From: a virus
Virus record (IMG/VR): IMGVR_UViG_3300044984_001421
Coordinates: 1-64,000 of that record
DNA length: 64,000 bases
Direction: 5' to 3' (one strand)
Each line of letters starts with the position of its first letter. Position 1 is the first letter of the stretch. The translations under genes were made by a program, and so were the position numbers. The notes beneath the pieces are model-generated. The model was not told the DNA's origin, did not search any database, and saw nothing but the letters and a program-made list of their open reading frames with translations. Below, piece by piece: positions 38,301 through 46,781 of this stretch.

Positions 38301-40496
38301 GTCCACCTTTCCGAGCGACACCTCGACATGGTCCTTCGCGCCTTCGCGTAGCGCCATCACCAGCGACGCGCCGGCCTGCAGTTGACCGGTTGCCTGCCCG
38401 AGTACGCGCTTGGCCTGCATGACGGCTTCCCGGCGCTTGTGATTGGCTTCTTGGGCGGTTGCCAGGTCGTATCCGGTTTTGCCTTCCGGCATTTCGATTT
38501 CACCAGCGGCGTCGGCGAGTTCGCGCGCCTGCTTGACGGCATTCTGCTGGATGTCGTTCTGTGACTGGACGTGGTAATTCTCGGCACCTTGGCGGATGCG
38601 GTCCAGGTCGCCGGCTTCGTAATCCTTGTGGATGCGGCGGGCAATGATCTGCGACGCGGCACTGATGCCGAGAACGTCAACCACCGAACGGTCGATCATC
38701 GAGTCACCGGCTGCAGCCTGGGCGAAGGCGTTCAGCGCGTTGAATGCGCCGGCTCCGACGTGACCGCCAAGCGATTCCTCGCCGCCCATCTTGTCGATCT
38801 CTGACAGCAGGCCGACAGCGCCGATGGTCTTGATGTCCTGCTCCATCTGTTTGCGCGCGGCGTCTTCAACATCGGCATCCGACACTTCGAGGATGTGCGC
38901 CTTGGACTCAACCACGGAAGCGCCGTCCAGTTCCATGCTGGCATGACGCGCGGCCATTTCGAGCATCTTCAACTTCTTCTGCGCCTTCACCAGCGCGGCA
39001 GCTTTCTTGGCGTCGTCCAGCACCTTCGGCTGCGGCTTGACCGTTTCCGGATTGGCGAGCTTGAAGTCTTCTACCTCTTTGGCGATGCCGGCAGCCAGGT
39101 CTTTCTTCTCGGCAGCCTTCGACGCCTGCGCAGCCAGTTCATCCGGCGACTTTGCATCCGCGCCGTGGACATTGGTCAGTTCCGCCTCGACAGATTCCGG
39201 AGTCAAGCCTTTGTCTGCCGCGCGCTTGCCGAAGTCTTGCGAGAAGCCCAGGCCGGGCGTCTTTTCCGGCATCGGGTCGAGGTCGGCAACGGAAATCTGG
39301 TCCGGGCTGGGGTCGGTCAGCGGGATCTCTCCCAGGCCGGATGCCGCGAGAGCTTCGTGGTCTTCGACCAGATTCTTGCGGTTCATTTCAACGGCAGCCT
39401 TGGCGCGATGGAAGATGTCCTTGTCGTGTTCCTTGCGGGCTTTCGCCTGGGCTTCTTCGGACAAGCCGGCGTGCGCTTCTTCATCGAACGCCAGCGACTT
39501 GTCGTCCCAGCCCATAACGTCGGCGACCGTCTTCACGAATTCCTCGCGCTGCTTCTTGACCGACTCCTTCAGCGCGCCCTTCTCGGCTTGCTTCTGGTTG
39601 TGTATGCCGGCTGCCTTGTCGGCTTCGATTTGCTTCTTCTTGGCTTCCTGCCGAGCCTGCCCGCGCTGCTTGATGGAGTCCTTGTAGGACTCGCCGGTCT
39701 TCACCGAGCGCAGCTTAAGATGGTTCAGCGCGCCGCCCGCGCCGCCGATGACGCGCATCGAGCCGTCTTCGTGCGGCATAACCAGAATCGGGCTGCCCTT
39801 CGCGCCTGGGTGCGAATGAACAGTGACCCAATGTGCCCCGGCAGGGATGGGACCGTGCTCGGATTTCAGCATGTGCTGACCGAAGTCTAGAGAATGATCA
39901 AAGTCAACTCGGGCAACTCGGGTAACCGGGTCAATTACCCGATTTGCCCGGACTTCCGCCTTCACCATCCGCCCGTCAGCCGCCAGCACCTTCTGCTTGA
40001 ATTCCTCCACCGGCATAGCCGTGACCGGACCAAGGAAACGAGGGTCGTCGTAGTGAAGCAGGTAGGCGCGCTCGGCTTCTTCCTGGCTGGCAAATTGGAG
40101 CATCGCCTTGTCCTCGTCATACCGATCCCATGCGCCTGCCTTGCGCTGGTGGATGATGTAGACCATCGGCGCGGTTTCATCCGGCCCGAGGTAGCAATCC
40201 ACATGGTCACCGTCGACACCCAGGCTGGACAACACATAGCCGTAGGGAAACACCATCCGCGTCCCCCAGGCGTGACCGTCCCGATCAACGCCACGCCGGA
40301 ACGAGCCGGCCTCGTTTTCAATCGAGATGGTCAGGCCATTCCAGGCGACCTTGCGCTTGCCGTAGTTCCCGGCCTTGATCTGCGCCGGGGTCGGCTCATG
40401 CGGGAAACGGTAGACGGCGTTCTGAGTCTCAGCCTTCGCCAGCGGCGTGCCGACGAAAGCTGCAATGTGACTACGGAGTGCGGATAGAGAGTCCAT
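35349..40496 (-). CDS. Polyvalent protein: inorganic-pyrophosphatase-like domain plus SNF2 helicase
   Basis: GNY.K..ISIEN..GS.R.G..YGY..G.DGDHVD..DE.K.ML; GAGSGKT, DEAH, GLNLQ, QRNARIHRLGQ. Confidence 0.8.
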   Translation of the reverse strand: MDSLSALRSHIAAFVGTPLAKAETQNAVYRFPHEPTPAQIKAGNYGKRKVAWNGLTISIENEAGSFRRGVDRDGHAWGTRMVFPYGYVLSSLGVDGDHVDCYLGPDETAPMVYIIHQRKAGAWDRYDEDKAMLQFASQEEAERAYLLHYDDPRFLGPVTAMPVEEFKQKVLAADGRMVKAEVRANRVIDPVTRVARVDFDHSLDFGQHMLKSEHGPIPAGAHWVTVHSHPGAKGSPILVMPHEDGSMRVIGGAGGALNHLKLRSVKTGESYKDSIKQRGQARQEAKKKQIEADKAAGIHNQKQAEKGALKESVKKQREEFVKTVADVMGWDDKSLAFDEEAHAGLSEEAQAKARKEHDKDIFHRAKAAVEMNRKNLVEDHEALAASGLGEIPLTDPSPDQISVADLDPMPEKTPGLGFSQDFGKRAADKGLTPESVEAELTNVHGADAKSPDELAAQASKAAEKKDLAAGIAKEVEDFKLANPETVKPQPKVLDDAKKAAALVKAQKKLKMLEMAARHASMELDGASVVESKAHILEVSDADVEDAARKQMEQDIKTIGAVGLLSEIDKMGGEESLGGHVGAGAFNALNAFAQAAAGDSMIDRSVVDVLGISAASQIIARRIHKDYEAGDLDRIRQGAENYHVQSQNDIQQNAVKQARELADAAGEIEMPEGKTGYDLATAQEANHKRREAVMQAKRVLGQATGQLQAGASLVMALREGAKDHVEVSLGKVDPKSAITKLHALGLKSGDYKLESVNGNLVTTITGEGLDRLAAPVDVEGMKQISRNMDIISGKHDEDGWLPKGFANRPDLAMKAEPGVAERLAQPFKPGADLAQSLRDYIGGRAADGDSPADILADIQSGDFHAKSGDPEAYRAALDSVAPLKSEDGKMRPVESLAGEFEKMADDYVGKMGGDRSPLHRQKIEINQKSVDALHRALSETPEGVAAFKPIGDLSAQERTGLRKWFNENLAKVDEAGKAARDEHEAHLANEPEKESVDMFGETSTTPEWSAWNAKRDELSQVAGSSGLDWNKYVGIMGSPENAIKSVQDLVRSHVVSKFAEVHNTLNKKNPLKVGKTVIAGNLNHLDAVDPAARAKREESHRALVDSLRERAGGKYSSGSVADKIEAQQEAKAAFEQSQMGFFSTEEDHLPDAGKKVPLGADERHTLGHAAEQQIAGMMSVVGKNFKPGHPTKLWQPSMNDKYTPQQRAIKHIEANKRTVLSYGAGSGKTGIYLGAFSHLHETGKIKRALMLVPSVVQGQFGGEALRYLEPGKFNWHCQPGASQAERIAAYKNPDHHFAVMTHESFRADMQHLGAKHAGITESEMNAKLSAMTPAERKTWAKEVMDKEGMNFDATMVDEAHQIVNRAGKENSARSNVIDAVSDNAEYHVYGSGDPIKNDSSEIHDVMAKMDRERYGDRAAFMRKYGGDTIAAKAALKREMARHVISNTIAPDVDAQHEVHQVELSAGQKSALAALDKSMSKAKAAKTAGKVDVASCKAISPDSFDGVPEEQHEAIAKNIQESLGIIKESAASRIINTHPDNAKIDKVMELVGARKGKPGVVFAHSRAAVAEIEKRLKAAGHRVVTITGSDSAQDKDAKRKQFNPESGEASADIMVASDAAAVGLNLQRGNWLIQHDSPNTAMVHGQRNARIHRLGQKNNVELLDVVANHKSEKAARDRLAKKHMLREFMTDPMDGLDDTGIASFIKPKTDQPQASMF

Positions 40497-40524
40497 CAGC
40501 ACATCGTGGCGTCACGACACAGGG

Positions 40525-41127
40525 CTATTTGTTCTTCGAACCGGACCCGTTGTTCGCCGTGTTGACTGCGGCGTGACCATTTGCGTAAGCATGGTGCAGA
40601 GCAAGCTGCAGGCTGCGCTTGCTTACGTCATGGAAGTCTTTACGATCAGAGCCGCCCTCTTTCAGTGTGTCGAAATTGGCGAAATGCTTGGCAGCATCCT
40701 TCACCGAGTTGTCACGGTGAACACGCAGCGCGGGATTATTGCCACCAGCGCCCGCGTTGTAGGCATGTTCGAGAGCGCGCTTCGTGCTTACCTTTCCGGT
40801 GTCAACGAAGTCATCGTCGTCATGCCCGACTTCTTTGAAACCATTAACGCCAAGGTGCTTCTTTCCGGCTTCCTTGGCGGCAGACTCCATCGCATCTGAT
40901 TTGCCGGCAGCATGGACAGCATTCATCACATCCGCGTGATGTTTGGCAAACCTCTCGTCATCAAGGATGACGTGGTGCTTTCCGCCGTTCTTTACCTGAA
41001 AGCCGCCATGCTTGAACGGAGACGTTGTGAACGCAGCCTGCCGTGAATCATCATGCGCCTGCACCACAGCGCCATCCTTGCGCGTGTAAGCGTCAATATG
41101 CGATTTCAATAGGTCGAACTGGTTCAT
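40525..41127 (-). CDS. Tagged internal protein with two DUF6900-like repeats
   Basis: N-terminal tag; AK.H....TL....SD..DFHDVS...L..AL..AY..G twice. Confidence 0.6.
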   Translation of the reverse strand: MNQFDLLKSHIDAYTRKDGAVVQAHDDSRQAAFTTSPFKHGGFQVKNGGKHHVILDDERFAKHHADVMNAVHAAGKSDAMESAAKEAGKKHLGVNGFKEVGHDDDDFVDTGKVSTKRALEHAYNAGAGGNNPALRVHRDNSVKDAAKHFANFDTLKEGGSDRKDFHDVSKRSLQLALHHAYANGHAAVNTANNGSGSKNK

Positions 41128-41182
41128 TTTCGGTTCCTTTAAGTTACCGCATCGTGCCGTCACGACAGCCGGCCTTGATAGA

Positions 41183-41260
41183 TGGAGCCGAAGACAGGAA
41201 TCGAACCTGTGACCTGCCGATTACAAATCGGCTGCTCTCCCAGCATAAAGCTACTTCGGC
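41183..41260 (-). tRNA. tRNA-Thr(UGU)
   Basis: GCCGAAG/CTTCGGC acceptor stem, GCCGA-TTTGTAA-TCGGC anticodon arm, GGTTCGATTCC, encoded CCA. Confidence 0.92.
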
Positions 41261-41420
41261 ACATACGGGATGCGACAGGACGCGGCACGCTGGATTTAGA
41301 CACCTTCCGACTCGGCACCAGCACACCCGGAGCTACCCGGTCTTGTCTATTCCGCCCCTTCTAGCTTTTCAGGGGGCCGTAGAGGTCGGCTATCGCCGGC
41401 CTGTCGCATTTCGTATTGGC

Positions 41421-41514
41421 TGTTGGTGACCGGTGCTGATCTCCGGCTTCGCCCAATGGATTGTCACCAGATGGGCAGACCATAGCTGCGCATCAGCCTG
41501 CGCATCCACCAACA
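41421..41514 (-). ncRNA. C4 antisense-like cloverleaf RNA
   Basis: TGTTGGTG/CACCAACA closing stem; GCGCA-GGCTGA-TGCGC, GCCCA/TGGGC and CCGG-AGATCAGCA-CCGG arms; GCTGAT/ATCAGC loop complementarity. Confidence 0.65.
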
Positions 41515-41765
41515 CGGCTGCGCTCTCGTACCGGCCCGGTCGATTTACCTCCGCGAGTCGCAGAGGACAAGAGCGCATGCGTGTTTGTGCCGTCTCTCCG
41601 GCTGCCACGCTGCTGTCCGCGTTCAGATGATTCGGTAACGTCGAGTCAACAACCCCGTACCTGGACATTTCTGAAGCGCGACGCCAAGTCTCGTCTTATC
41701 GCTCCAACCGGTCTGGTTTCCGGCCCGCACCGATAAATCGGCCGCGTGTGTTCGTGGCTTCTATA

Positions 41766-41999
41766 TCAACTCTGAATCCGTTCCTTGGCAAGTCCTATCA
41801 CATGCGCCACCTTGCCGCGCTCCATGGTCAGCTTCCGGTATTCGTCGGCAGCAGACTCGTCCCCGGAAACAGCCGGCCGGAGTTCGTCCAAGCGCGAGGC
41901 AATCTCTCCGTCCCGTTCAACCGCACGGTCGTGGATACGCTGCTCTGCCGCGTTGGTACGGGCAGACAGCGCAGCCAGGTCGGAGAACAGGCGCTTCAT
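41766..41999 (-). CDS. Small helical hypothetical protein
   Basis: TAATG coupling to the upstream gene. Confidence 0.55.
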   Translation of the reverse strand: MKRLFSDLAALSARTNAAEQRIHDRAVERDGEIASRLDELRPAVSGDESAADEYRKLTMERGKVAHVIGLAKERIQS

Positions 42000-42883
42000 T
42001 AGATCCGGTGCAGCTTGGTCGGGTGGAAGTCTTTGCCGCTGTAGGTCTTCACCGATGAACCGACGTGTTCCATCACTTCGTGTTCCTTTCCGAAGTTGTC
42101 CTTCACCTTGTCGCCGCGACGGAAATAAGCGCCGTACTTCTGGTGCTCTTCGTGACCAACATCGCCAGGCTTCGGAACGCGCTGGTCGTCGTGCGCCTGA
42201 ACTACCGCGCCGTCCTTCCGAGTGTAGGCTTCGATGTGCGACTTCAGGACTTCATGGTCTTCGTCGTCTTCGTCGCGGTCTTCATCTTCGTCGTCTTCGT
42301 CATGCGGAGACAGATCGGACTCATGGTACGAAGCCTTGCTGCCGTCGCTGTGCTTGACGATGTGGAAGTGACCGCTCGGCGCGGTTTCTTGGATCACGCC
42401 GGTTTTACCTTGACCGTTGACCTTGCCGGTCACCTTCACCGAGTCGCCTTCTTTGTGCGTTACCGTCTTTTCTTCGGCGGCAGCGGAATCATCAATGGGC
42501 GCATGGTAGCGGGCATAGCCGTAGCCTTCGGTATTCACAAGATGACGCCCACCATCCTTGTGCTTCAAGACAAAGTGCTGCGGAGCATTCTCGGCGAAGT
42601 CCTTATCGAAATCTGACCCGGCCGGGCTTGTTTTCCCGGCGTTCCCGTAGACCTGTTGATGCGAGAATTCAGGAGCGCCATCCGGGATGTCGCCGGCTGG
42701 GATTTTCTTCGTGTCGCGCGACCACTCGGTGTCCTTCGACATGAACTTGTCGTCGTGTTTTTCAGCGACAGCACGGAGGTCGACCTTCTTGGTGCGCTTG
42801 TCATCATGCGCGTTCACAACGGCACCATCCTTGCGCGTGTAGGCGTCGATGTGGCTTTTCAACAGATCAAACTGGTCGGTCAT
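41999..42883 (-). CDS. Tagged internal protein with two tag copies and KOW/SH3-like domains
   Basis: LLKSHIDAYTRKDG at the N-terminus and VLKSHIEAYTRKDG after an acidic linker. Confidence 0.65.
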   Translation of the reverse strand: MTDQFDLLKSHIDAYTRKDGAVVNAHDDKRTKKVDLRAVAEKHDDKFMSKDTEWSRDTKKIPAGDIPDGAPEFSHQQVYGNAGKTSPAGSDFDKDFAENAPQHFVLKHKDGGRHLVNTEGYGYARYHAPIDDSAAAEEKTVTHKEGDSVKVTGKVNGQGKTGVIQETAPSGHFHIVKHSDGSKASYHESDLSPHDEDDEDEDRDEDDEDHEVLKSHIEAYTRKDGAVVQAHDDQRVPKPGDVGHEEHQKYGAYFRRGDKVKDNFGKEHEVMEHVGSSVKTYSGKDFHPTKLHRI

Positions 42884-43181
42884 CTTTGCTCTCCTTAACG
42901 TCCGGACATTCTGCCGTCACGACACGCCGCCCGAACGCCTCTCCTTCCGGGCCTCTCGGCGCAGCAGGAGAAATGGCGATGCGCGACAGCACCGCGCGGA
43001 AGTCGACGCCTTTGTCGGCCATCTCCCCCATCAGCGCAGCCGATACAGCAAGCCACTTCGAGACGTGCCCGCTGGTCCCGTAGTTGGCGACAGCAGCAGG
43101 GTGCATTTTCACAAGCTCGGCGAACTCCTTGATGGAGAGGCCGGCTTTGCCAAGGTGGCGTTTGAATTCGTCATAGGTCAT
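42867..43181 (-). CDS. XRE-like HTH regulator
   Basis: FKRHLGKAGLSIKEFAELVKMHPAAVANY; divergent from the island promoter. Confidence 0.65.
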   Translation of the reverse strand: MTYDEFKRHLGKAGLSIKEFAELVKMHPAAVANYGTSGHVSKWLAVSAALMGEMADKGVDFRAVLSRIAISPAAPRGPEGEAFGRRVVTAECPDVKESKDDRPV

Positions 43182-43258
43182 GGGTAAAGCATATCACGCC
43201 GCGCGGGCGAAGCAACTCAAATAAAAAACAGAACAATTTAATTATCTAACATTTCTGT

Positions 43259-43286
43259 TTGCTTTATAACAAAACTGTTATAGAGT
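43259..43286 (+). promoter_or_regulatory. Island promoter P1 with palindromic operator
   Basis: TTGCTT-16 nt-TAGAGT; TATAACA-aaac-TGTTATA. Confidence 0.7.
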
Positions 43287-43317
43287 GAGGTCGTCCCCAA
43301 ACAAACAGGAGCACGAA

Positions 43318-43512
43318 ATGAACGGCACCGAACAGACCACCTTGGAATTCGGAACCAAGTACCTCGTAACCCATTCCGGTGGCACCGAACGCCTGACGCT
43401 GGTGCGCGGATGGAATGACCGGCTCCGGTTTGTTGACGAAGACGGCAGCGGGATCTGGATCAACCGCAACACCATCGCATGCATGGCGCAACTTGAAGGA
43501 GAGACGGCATGA
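43318..43512 (+). CDS. Hypothetical protein
   Basis: AGGAG RBS after P1. Confidence 0.55.
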   Translation: MNGTEQTTLEFGTKYLVTHSGGTERLTLVRGWNDRLRFVDEDGSGIWINRNTIACMAQLEGETA

Positions 43513-43688
43513 GCAAAGAAACGGAAGCGCTAAAGAAGATCGCCGCACACAACATATTGAAGCGTGCAGCCCCCGATCTTCTTGCGGCACTCGAACAGAT
43601 CATGGCTGAAGTTGCCGGATGCCAGAAAGAACCGAAGTACGAGGCGGCAAGAGCCGCAATTGCAAAAGCGAAAGGAAACAAATCATGA
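43509..43688 (+). CDS. Hypothetical protein (AAPDLLAAL..ARAAIAKA family)
   Basis: Common phage motif; ATGA-coupled at both ends. Confidence 0.6.
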   Translation: MSKETEALKKIAAHNILKRAAPDLLAALEQIMAEVAGCQKEPKYEAARAAIAKAKGNKS

Positions 43689-43969
43689 GCGTCAAGCAAA
43701 CAATTTCAGCGGCAGCAGAAGCGATCCCCGCCGAGTTCATGAAGCAGATCGGTGCTTCTAACGCGCAGGTTGTCAGCGACAGAAGCATTCGCTTCGACAT
43801 CAAGCAAACATCGGCCGGCGTCAACCGCATCAAGATCACGCTGCAGCCTGACGGCGAGTGGCGGCTCAGGACATACAAGGTCGAGGAACTGGAAGACGTG
43901 CCGGGCATCTTGCCGGCCAGCCTGACCGGTGCGATTGCACAGATTGCAGGGATTGGAGAAGAAGCATGA
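43685..43969 (+). CDS. Hypothetical protein
   Basis: Coupled ORF with RBS. Confidence 0.55.
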   Translation: MSVKQTISAAAEAIPAEFMKQIGASNAQVVSDRSIRFDIKQTSAGVNRIKITLQPDGEWRLRTYKVEELEDVPGILPASLTGAIAQIAGIGEEA

Positions 43970-44193
43970 CCGCAGCACTCATCACAGAACAAATCGTGGA
44001 CCCAGGCAAGAACATGATGGAGTTCATCGTGGACGCTTCCAGCATCGGACTGAAGCCGGGTGAGTGGCCTGACACACTCGCAACGAACATGGGAAACACG
44101 CTCCCGTTCGCCAAGATCAGCGCCGACGCAGAAGGAACGCATGTGTACCGGCAGATTGCCGGCGGGATCACGCTGACCGTCCTCAACGACTAA
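43966..44193 (+). CDS. Hypothetical protein
   Basis: DASSIGLKPGEWP..Y.Q..L.V.ND motif. Confidence 0.55.
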   Translation: MTAALITEQIVDPGKNMMEFIVDASSIGLKPGEWPDTLATNMGNTLPFAKISADAEGTHVYRQIAGGITLTVLND

Positions 44194-44225
44194 AACATAA
44201 TTGTTTTATTTCTTAACTTTTCTGT

Positions 44226-44253
44226 TTGCTTTCTAACAGTTTTGTTATAAAGT
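44226..44253 (+). promoter_or_regulatory. Island promoter P2 (copy of P1)
   Basis: TTGCTT-16 nt-TAAAGT; TAACA-gttt-TGTTA. Confidence 0.7.
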
Positions 44254-44284
44254 GAAGTTGTTCCAAACAGACCGGAGAAACAGC

Positions 44285-44482
44285 ATGAGCGAAATCACCA
44301 TCAGCGGCGCGATCAAGTTCCAGCCCGACGCTGGGAACAAAGACGGCGGGGAATACAAGTTCCAACTGAACGAGCACCAGACATGGGGAATCCCGGTGAG
44401 AACCATCACCCCGGAAGACCTCCGCGCGATGGCTGACCACCTCGAAGCGCAGCGCAAAAACCAAGGAGCGAGTAATGCCTGA
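44285..44482 (+). CDS. Hypothetical protein
   Basis: GGAG RBS after P2. Confidence 0.5.
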   Translation: MSEITISGAIKFQPDAGNKDGGEYKFQLNEHQTWGIPVRTITPEDLRAMADHLEAQRKNQGASNA

Positions 44483-44729
44483 CATGACCATCACCATCAA
44501 GATCCATGTGTCCCCAGACGATGCCGCATACGCCGAATGCAAGACCATCTATGAGATGTGCGCAGCAGAACTTGCTGCATGGATAGGTAACGATTTGGAT
44601 GACATGGTGTCCGGATACACGCCGGCCAGCATAACGGTCACTCCAGGTCACGATGAAGACACCAGCGCGGCGGAAGAAGCCGCATACCTTGACGAGTTGA
44701 ATCGCGGATACGCGCAAGACCGAATTTGA
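44475..44729 (+). CDS. Hypothetical acidic protein
   Basis: AAGGAG RBS; ends LNRGYAQDRI. Confidence 0.5.
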   Translation: MPDMTITIKIHVSPDDAAYAECKTIYEMCAAELAAWIGNDLDDMVSGYTPASITVTPGHDEDTSAAEEAAYLDELNRGYAQDRI

Positions 44730-44800
44730 CATGCCACCACGCTGGGTGAGTTTTCACTAGGCAAATACGCCGCACACCACGGCATCTGAAAGGAGATCCA

Positions 44801-45286
44801 ATGTCCACAGTAATAAGGCTCGACAGAAACGCGATAGACGCACTGTTCCCGGATGGAAGCGAAGCCAGAGTTGAACTCCAGCGCGCGGTACTTTCAACAG
44901 TGATAAAGCAGTCGATGCACGTTAAAAGCCCGGCTCAGATCGAGGCCATGATCGAGAAAGAACTCACGGTGATCCATGCCGACACCAGGAAACTGGTCGC
45001 TGAATCATCGGCCAGCGTTGCGAAAGAATGGTTTCAATCTTCATGGGGAAATCATTTCCTCACGTCAGACCGGAAACAGTGCATACGCAAGGCTGTCGAG
45101 GATTCGATGGCCGAGCATGTATCCGAATCCATCAAATCTGCGGTTTCCGCGTCTCGGGAATCGGTGGTGTTCCGAGCAAGCAAAATCGCTGAACGTGACA
45201 TACAGCGAATCGTTGACGAAACAGTCGATAAGTCCATTGAAGAAGCGGTCAAGAAGCGCTTCATCGAACTCGCAGCAAAAGCCTGA
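44801..45286 (+). CDS. Hypothetical protein
   Basis: AAGGAG RBS; 161-aa ORF. Confidence 0.6.
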   Translation: MSTVIRLDRNAIDALFPDGSEARVELQRAVLSTVIKQSMHVKSPAQIEAMIEKELTVIHADTRKLVAESSASVAKEWFQSSWGNHFLTSDRKQCIRKAVEDSMAEHVSESIKSAVSASRESVVFRASKIAERDIQRIVDETVDKSIEEAVKKRFIELAAKA

Positions 45287-45319
45287 CCAACATCACCACC
45301 AACCAGACAAGGAATCAAC

Positions 45320-45805
45320 ATGGCACACGGTGATATCAGAAAAGCCCTTGGCCTTGATTTAAATGAAAACCTTGGCAAGCACCGAACATATCGAATTTGG
45401 AAAGCGATGAAATCGAGGTGCTCATGGGATGGACACGAAGCAACCGACAGATACAGAGGTAAAGGCGTCAAGGTCTGCGCGCGCTGGATGGACTTTTTGT
45501 CCTTCCTCGAAGACATGGGACACCCCCCAACAGCAACCCATTCAATCGACAGAAAGGACACCAACGGCGACTACGAACCAGACAACTGCAGATGGGCAAC
45601 AAAACTCGAACAAAGCAGAAACCGAGTCATGTGCATTTACTTGGACACCCCAATTGGCAGGGTCACCATGACGGAAGCTGCAGCCTACTACGGAATTGAT
45701 TACCACACGGTGTGGAAGCGCCATTTAAGAGGATGGCCGCTTGCAAAACTATTCTCACCAATCACAAAACCAGGCCCAAACAGAAGGAATCAAAATCATG
45801 CATGA
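45320..45805 (+). CDS. HNH homing endonuclease
   Basis: YRIW.AMK.RC..Y..KG.KVC.RW..F..DMG..SIDR.D.NGDYEP.NCRWAT..EQ..N. Confidence 0.85.
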   Translation: MAHGDIRKALGLDLNENLGKHRTYRIWKAMKSRCSWDGHEATDRYRGKGVKVCARWMDFLSFLEDMGHPPTATHSIDRKDTNGDYEPDNCRWATKLEQSRNRVMCIYLDTPIGRVTMTEAAAYYGIDYHTVWKRHLRGWPLAKLFSPITKPGPNRRNQNHA

Positions 45806-46781
45806 ACTCGACACTACAACAGGCACCGCAGCGATGGCATACGCGGCCGGCAGCGCAACACCATGGCATGGCCTGGGCCAGACCATAGACCCGAACGCGA
45901 AGCCGAAAGACTGGCAGCGCGCGGCCGGCATCGAATGGGAAGCCAAGCGCACCCCGGTCGTCTTCAACAACATAAAGGATGAATACCAGGAGTGGAATGC
46001 CAAGCATGTGCTTTACCGCAGCGACACCGGCATGCCTTTATCGGTGGTCAGCGATGACTACCAGATCGTCCAGCCGGCCCATGTGATGGGCTTCTTCGGC
46101 ACACTCGCAGAGCAGGGCGGATTCCAGATCGAGACGGTCGGCGCAATCCGCGAAGGTCGCCGCATCTGGGCGCTCGCCAGGGTCGGAGAAAACGCCAAGA
46201 TCATGGACGACGAAGTCGCACCATACCTGCTGCTCGCCACCAGCTACGACGCAAGCATGGCGACGGTGGCGAAGTTCACCACGGTGCGAGTGGTGTGCAA
46301 CAACACGCTCCAGGCCAGCCTGAAGAACAACGCCGGCCGGAAGCAAGTGTCTATCCCGCACTCGGCGATGTTCAAGCCAGAACAGGTGCGCGCGGAACTT
46401 GGCATCGCGCTCAACTCTTGGGAGGAATTCAAGCTCAAGGCCGGCACGATGGCGAAGATGAAGATCACCGACACCGAGATGGACGTCTACCTGCAAGAAC
46501 TTCTGGAAGACTTCATCCCATACGGAACGACATACAACCCGGATAAGGTGCGCGCCAGCAAGGGATACCAGCGCATCACGCAACTGTTCCACGGTGGGCA
46601 GCTTGGAACCGGCCAGGACGCGATCAACGGCACAGTCTGGGGTCTGGTGCAGGCAGTCGGACAGTACGTCGACCATGAGAAGGGTCGGCTGCAGGACAAC
46701 AGGCTCGACGCGGCATGGTTTGGCCCAGGCGCGAAGATCAAGGACGCTGCATGGACTTTGGCCGAAAAGGTAACGGCATGA
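45798..46781 (+). CDS. DUF932 (TIGR03299-like) phage/plasmid protein
   Basis: TPWHGLG; YLLLATSYD; T.VRVVCNNT; GTVWGL..AV..Y.DH. Confidence 0.85.
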   Translation: MHELDTTTGTAAMAYAAGSATPWHGLGQTIDPNAKPKDWQRAAGIEWEAKRTPVVFNNIKDEYQEWNAKHVLYRSDTGMPLSVVSDDYQIVQPAHVMGFFGTLAEQGGFQIETVGAIREGRRIWALARVGENAKIMDDEVAPYLLLATSYDASMATVAKFTTVRVVCNNTLQASLKNNAGRKQVSIPHSAMFKPEQVRAELGIALNSWEEFKLKAGTMAKMKITDTEMDVYLQELLEDFIPYGTTYNPDKVRASKGYQRITQLFHGGQLGTGQDAINGTVWGLVQAVGQYVDHEKGRLQDNRLDAAWFGPGAKIKDAAWTLAEKVTA

